From: Thermoflexus hugenholtzii JAD2 | GTDB lineage: Bacteria > Chloroflexota > Dehalococcoidia > UBA2979 | Reading direction: 5' to 3' | Assembly: GCA_945903275.1 (NCBI GenBank) | Contig: CAMDNW010000001.1 | Location: 128,303 to 192,302 of the forward strand | Length of the DNA stretch: 64,000 bases | In this document: one piece after another, positions 59,492-64,000 of the stretch | How the letters are laid out: every line of letters begins with the position of its first letter | How positions within the stretch are numbered: the stretch's first letter is position 1 | Program-made: the position numbers and the translations under genes | Notes under the pieces: model-generated | Told to the model about the DNA's origin: nothing | Seen by the model: the letters and a program-made list of their open reading frames with translations, nothing else | Databases searched by the model: none

Positions 59492-60733
59492 ATCCCGAAA
59501 CGTCGCCCGTTTGCCCGTGTGGATATCGAAGCAGCCCGCGACAGCGAGGCCGGCCAGCACCACCGCGAGACAAAGCACACCAAGCCCGCGCAGGAACGCG
59601 CCTACCTCGTCGCCCTCGACCACGAAGGTTCACGCCGCGGCCTTATGCCGCCCGGCGAGTCGCTTCGCGAACTCGGGCGGCTCGTGCGCACCTCGGGCGG
59701 AGTCGTCGTGGGTCAGGCCACGCAGCGCCGCCCGCATCCGGATCCCGCCACCTACATCGGCTCTGGCAAGATGGACGAGGTGAAAGCCGCCCGCGAGGAT
59801 ACCGGCTATACGATGGTCGTCTTCGACGAGCAACTCTCGCCGACGCAACAACTCCGGCTGGAGTCCGGCCTCGGGGTGAAGGTGCTCGACCGCAGCGCGC
59901 TTATCCTCGACATCTTCGCCAGCCGCGCCCGCACCCGTGAGGCGTCCCTGCAAGTCGAACTCGCCCAGCACGAGTACCTGCTCCCCCGCCTCCGCGGCCA
60001 GTGGCAGCATCTCGAACGCAACGAGGGTGCCATCGGCCTTCGCGGCCCCGGTGAGACACAGTTGGAGACCGACCGCCGCCTGATCGGCCTGCGCATCTCG
60101 CGCCTCAAGAAGGACATCTCACAGGTGCGCAAGCAGCGTGCGCTGCATCGCCGCCGCCGCGAGCGTGACGGCGCGCCCGTTGTCGCCCTCGTCGGCTACA
60201 CCAACGCCGGCAAGTCCTCGCTGCTTCGCGCTCTCGCGGGTGTCGAGGTCTTCGCGGCCGATGCGCTCTTCGCCACCCTTGACCCACTCACTCGCCGCGT
60301 TGAGACTCCCGGCGGTGACGCCTTTCTCGTGACCGACACCGTGGGCTTCATCCAGAAACTCCCTACGCAACTGATCTCCGCCTTCCGCGCCACGCTCGAA
60401 GAACTCGAGTCCGCCGACCTGCTGCTACACGTCGTAGATGCCACCTCGCCCGCGCTCGACGCGCAGTGTGCCACCGTCATGGAGACCCTCACTGGCCTCG
60501 GTCTCTCCGAGAAGCCGATGGTCACCGTGCTCAACAAGGCCGACGGCCTCCTCCGCGCGGACGGTGCGCCTGTCGAGGCCGAAGGCGATCTGGCGACCGC
60601 GCAGGTCGTGAACCCCTCGCCCGATAGCAGTGTGCTGCTCACGTCCGCCACGCACGGCTGGGGCATCGAGGCTCTCCGCAGCCGCCTCGCCTTCGAGGTG
60701 CTCGGTGCCCCTGTCCCCTTCGCGGTTCGCTAA
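59492..60733 (+). CDS. hflX: GTPase HflX (start uncertain; ATC proposed)
   Basis: IGSGK, LILDIFA, GPGETQLETDRR, VGYTNAGKS, LFATLD, DTVGF, NKAD. Confidence 0.95.
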   Translation: MPKRRPFARVDIEAARDSEAGQHHRETKHTKPAQERAYLVALDHEGSRRGLMPPGESLRELGRLVRTSGGVVVGQATQRRPHPDPATYIGSGKMDEVKAAREDTGYTMVVFDEQLSPTQQLRLESGLGVKVLDRSALILDIFASRARTREASLQVELAQHEYLLPRLRGQWQHLERNEGAIGLRGPGETQLETDRRLIGLRISRLKKDISQVRKQRALHRRRRERDGAPVVALVGYTNAGKSSLLRALAGVEVFAADALFATLDPLTRRVETPGGDAFLVTDTVGFIQKLPTQLISAFRATLEELESADLLLHVVDATSPALDAQCATVMETLTGLGLSEKPMVTVLNKADGLLRADGAPVEAEGDLATAQVVNPSPDSSVLLTSATHGWGIEALRSRLAFEVLGAPVPFAVR

Positions 60734-60739
60734 CAACTA

Positions 60740-61050
60740 ATGCCTGTACCGTTCGCGGTCGAGCTCGAAGCTGGGAAGCAGCGCGTCTTCGCGACGGCGC
60801 TCGACTGTCCCGGTTTCTGCCGCTCTGGCCGTGATGAGACGGCTGCCTTTGCCGAGCTACCCTTCTACGCACGCGCTACGCGGGTGCCATCAACGGACAC
60901 GTGCGCAGCTTCCGTCCTCCGCGGAGCCTCGATGCAATCGCGGTCACAGAGCGCCTTTCCGGAGGCTCGGGCACCGACTTTGGCGTGCCCGGTATCCCGC
61001 CCGCTGTCGATGCGCAGCCGGTGACGGGACGCGACCTGAAGCTAGCCTCT
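60740..61050 (+). pseudogene. Frameshifted, truncated conserved hypothetical gene
   Basis: ELEAGKQRVFATALDCPGFCRSGRDE continues in another frame as ERLSGGSGTDFGVP, then runs into the convergent gene. Confidence 0.55.
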
Positions 61051-61052
61051 CA

Positions 61053-62243
61053 TCACTCGCGTGCGCATACGATCGCGACGTGCATCTCTTGCACACGCGT
61101 AAGCACCACTACGGCCGGCGCCGCCGCGCGGTCGCCTCGCAAACCTCGGTTCAGCCGCCGTTCCAGCGCGTTTGTGTCCACTGGCGACCCTCGCCGCGTC
61201 ACCTCCACGCGTGCGATACCGAGGCTTGCCAGCGCCTCCGCGATCCGCCGCTCCGCGAACGGTACCCATGACAGCACGCGGTATCGCCGTGCGAATAGCG
61301 TTTCGCTCGCCGTATCTGCCGATAGGTACGCGATCCCCTCGGTGAGTTTCCACGCCCCGATCTCCACCGCGAGCATCTCGACGAGTCCTGCGCGTCCTAC
61401 AGACGGATCGGGGTCGTAGAGGTACGCGCCCGGCTCGCCGAGTGGTGTCTCGCCTCGGTCGGCCTCGCCGGTGAGCGAGACAGCCGGTGCGCCATCAGTC
61501 GGCAGCACCGTCGCTGTACGCGGCGAGCGTGCCAGCCGCCCCAGCCACAGTACCGCCGCCCGCAGCCCCCGATCCATCGAGACGAACTCCACCTCGCATT
61601 CCTTTGGCAGCGCGTCGAGGTCGATGCCCGGTGCCAGTTTGATCCCCGCGCCCGCTGCCTGTCGCCCGAGTTCTATCGCTCGCGACAGCGACGGCGACCA
61701 CGTCTCAGGCCGCAATCGCCGCCCGTCGGCCTCCCGCCGCGCTGGGTCGCACCACACCGCATCGACGCTCTCTGGCACGTCCCACGTGTCGAGGTCTGCC
61801 GCGTGTGCTTCGATGCGTCCGCTCAGTCCGCGCGCTTCGGCGTTCGCAATGAGCATCGCCAGCCGCCCTTCCTCTCGGTCGACTCCCAGCACGCGCGCGT
61901 ACCGCGCCATCGCCAGCGCGTCGGCTCCCATCCCGCACCCAAGATCAGCGACATAACGTGAATCAGTGAATCGCGCTGCGAGATGCTCGGATACGAAGCG
62001 GTGACTAGCCTGTTCGGCCGCCTCGCGGTCGCACCACAGCCGCTCGGCGTCCTCGAACTTCTTAGCGGCCACTGTGCGGCCGTGAGCGAGCGCGACTGCG
62101 GCACGGGCCTGTGGGGCCTCGTAGTGGCGTCCCAGCGTCCGTAGCGCGGTCAGTTCACTGCCAGCCGACAGCAGGGCGGAAGCCTGTGCCGTGGCGGCGC
62201 GGCCATCCTCGGTGCGCAGCCAGCCGACCTCGTCCGCATCCAT
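61053..62243 (-). CDS. Class I SAM-dependent methyltransferase with THUMP-like C-terminus
   Basis: AEQAS, ADLGCGMGAD, DPARR, KLAPG, YLYDPD. Confidence 0.88.
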   Translation of the reverse strand: MDADEVGWLRTEDGRAATAQASALLSAGSELTALRTLGRHYEAPQARAAVALAHGRTVAAKKFEDAERLWCDREAAEQASHRFVSEHLAARFTDSRYVADLGCGMGADALAMARYARVLGVDREEGRLAMLIANAEARGLSGRIEAHAADLDTWDVPESVDAVWCDPARREADGRRLRPETWSPSLSRAIELGRQAAGAGIKLAPGIDLDALPKECEVEFVSMDRGLRAAVLWLGRLARSPRTATVLPTDGAPAVSLTGEADRGETPLGEPGAYLYDPDPSVGRAGLVEMLAVEIGAWKLTEGIAYLSADTASETLFARRYRVLSWVPFAERRIAEALASLGIARVEVTRRGSPVDTNALERRLNRGLRGDRAAAPAVVVLTRVQEMHVAIVCARE

Positions 62244-62255
62244 GATCTGCGAAGG

Positions 62256-63080
62256 CTAGCGGTTGGGACGGAGGGCGTACGTCTCCGGTTCGCGCAGCCA
62301 ATCGCGCCCGCCGAACTCAGCGTGCAGCGCCGTGGCGGCCTCTCGAAGCACGCCCGGGCCGCTCTCACGTACCCAGCGCGCCGCTCGTGCCTCGCCCCCG
62401 ACCGCCGCCGCGAGGTCGTCCAGCCACGATCCGGCCCGCTTGCCGAGCCGCGTCTCGCGCGACGCGAGCGCTAGGTACTCCGCTGGTGGGTGTGTGCCGT
62501 CCTCCAGCACGCAGCAGAGCCGCAACAGCGCCCCTGCCGCCTCACCCGCTAGCACGACCCCAGCCAGCGGCGTCCCGTCCACTGGCGAGGCGCTCAGCAC
62601 GGTCACTGCGGTCACTGCTGTCACGTAGAGCGGACGCACCACGCGCTCCAGCCCGTCCGTCGGTAGCCGTCCCGCCGCCGAGGCCAGTCCATCCGCCCGG
62701 TGCAGCGGGTCGTGCAGCGGCTCCGCGTGCCGCACCGTCCAGCGCAGTTCGAGGCTCGCGCGCGGCACGCCTTCGAATGCGCGCGCGACCGCCTCGCTGG
62801 TGAACACGGTCAGATCTAGGCCGTCCGTCGTCCCTGCCCGGTACACGCCGCTGGTGGTCAGCGCCTCGCGCATCGGCGCGGCGAGCGAGCGCGCCTCAAC
62901 GCCATCGAGGATCAACCACACCGCCGGCGTCGCGACGTGTTCCGCCCAAGCGGTCGCCGCTGGCCGCACCAACAGCGCGAGTGCCCGCGATGCGACATCG
63001 AGCCACGGTGCGCTTGCCAGTAGCGCTGTGGCGGCTGTACGCGCCTCGGCTCGGAAGTCAGTGGTCTGGTCGGTTGTCAT
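62256..63080 (-). CDS. Hypothetical protein, possibly a degenerate nucleotidyltransferase fold
   Basis: Long ORF in an operon; PLHDP and HPPAEYL patterns. Confidence 0.65.
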   Translation of the reverse strand: MTTDQTTDFRAEARTAATALLASAPWLDVASRALALLVRPAATAWAEHVATPAVWLILDGVEARSLAAPMREALTTSGVYRAGTTDGLDLTVFTSEAVARAFEGVPRASLELRWTVRHAEPLHDPLHRADGLASAAGRLPTDGLERVVRPLYVTAVTAVTVLSASPVDGTPLAGVVLAGEAAGALLRLCCVLEDGTHPPAEYLALASRETRLGKRAGSWLDDLAAAVGGEARAARWVRESGPGVLREAATALHAEFGGRDWLREPETYALRPNR

Positions 63081-63086
63081 AGCTAC

Positions 63087-63350
63087 CTAGCTGTCAGTGC
63101 CGGTGCGGTCAGTGACGACCTGCCGGAAGTGAGTAATCCGTTCCTCGACTGTGTCGTCTACCTCGGCTTCTTCGAGCAACTCGCGGATCAGCGTAATCAC
63201 CGCCGCTGCGCCGCCATATGCGACGAACCATTCGAGGCCCTGGAGCAGGGAGAACACCCCCGGCTTCCGCTCGCGGTGCCGCAGATAACCCCATGTGAGT
63301 CCGGCAAACGCTGCTGCGAGGGCAAATTTTAACTGGCTGCGATCATTCAC
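63087..63350 (-). CDS. Small membrane hypothetical protein
   Basis: Two hydrophobic segments, acidic tail; first gene of the minus-strand operon. Confidence 0.65.
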   Translation of the reverse strand: MNDRSQLKFALAAAFAGLTWGYLRHRERKPGVFSLLQGLEWFVAYGGAAAVITLIRELLEEAEVDDTVEERITHFRQVVTDRTGTDS

Positions 63351-63577
63351 GGACGGGTGCCCTTCTCACGCCATGACATGCTACGGGCCTTCGGTAGGGG
63401 CGACAAACGGCCCCGAAGCAGGCCCGCGGAGGCGGTAGGCATCGGGACGTAAGCCCCTAGCGGAACGTGCGGCTCCATGCCATAGTGACAAGCGATGTCC
63501 GCGCCCGGCGGCGGAGAGTTTTGTTGTATGCTGCGCGCCGCGCTCCGGCGCGAGATACAGCGGGGGAGGAGTACGAG

Positions 63578-64000
63578 TTGCAGGACGTGAAGTACACCCG
63601 GCCCACGACCGTGCAGGAGGCCGTTCGCCTGTTGCAAGAGGGTGGCCCGACCGCACGCGTGCTCGCGGGCGGCACAGACATCATCGTGATGGCGCGTGAG
63701 CGCCGCCGCGACACTTCGGTGTTCGTTGACGTGAAGCACATTCCGGAACTGACGTCGATTAGTTTCGACCAGACCGCCGGACTGACGCTGGGCGCGGCCA
63801 CACCGCTCTACCGCATCTACCGCGACGAGACCATCCGTCGGCTCTATCCGGCTCTCGTCGATTCTGCGTCGCTCATCGGCGGGACGGCCATTCAGGGCCG
63901 CGCCTCGTTCGGTGGCAACCTTGCCAACGCCGGCCCTGCCGGTGACAGCATCCCGACGATGATGGTGCTCGAGGGTACGGCCAACATCGTCGGCCCCAAC
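63578..64000 (+). CDS. Xanthine/CO dehydrogenase family FAD-binding subunit (5' part, runs off window)
   Basis: TTG start after GGAGGA; YTRPTTVQEA, LAGGTD, LTLGAA, RASFGGNLANAGPAGD. Confidence 0.9.
   Translation, partial: MQDVKYTRPTTVQEAVRLLQEGGPTARVLAGGTDIIVMARERRRDTSVFVDVKHIPELTSISFDQTAGLTLGAATPLYRIYRDETIRRLYPALVDSASLIGGTAIQGRASFGGNLANAGPAGDSIPTMMVLEGTANIVGPN

Overview
GC-rich bacterial chromosome segment, mostly core genome. Gene content suggests Chloroflexota, probably Dehalococcoidia-like (inference from archaeal-type apgM, dapL+dapF, tandem HisG with HisZ, and a pan leader motif). Order: polA(3' part)-mutM, two hydrolase genes, panDBC, yebC-ruvC-ruvA (no ruvB), uvrB; then on the minus strand DUF177-rpmF-fabD-fabG-nusB-acpP-tatB-tatC-udg-rnj-ftsK; an accessory block (Eis-like pseudogene, serine-recombinase-family protein lacking catalytic residues, tandem molybdopterin-oxidoreductase-like protein, modABC, MFS); rnpB; stand-alone murE; class III aminotransferase; birA; attenuated his operon; guaA-purD-purB-purC-purS; tsaC, penicillin acylase, prenyl synthase, pgk-apgM-tpiA-miaA-dapF-GNAT-dapL-hflX; and the start of a CoxM-like gene. 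No CRISPR array, tRNA, rRNA or intact transposase was seen. The best novelty candidates are a ~190-nt multi-branched orphan RNA between uvrB and ftsK, a self-contained micro-transcription unit with a 12-nt SD and a UNCG-capped hairpin (32.0-32.2 kb), and an intact but apparently catalytically dead large serine recombinase. Also notable: a His leader attenuator, a pseudo-heterodimeric HisG, a REP-like insertion inside hisC, and a probable ATC start for hflX. All calls were made by eye; no database searches were run.
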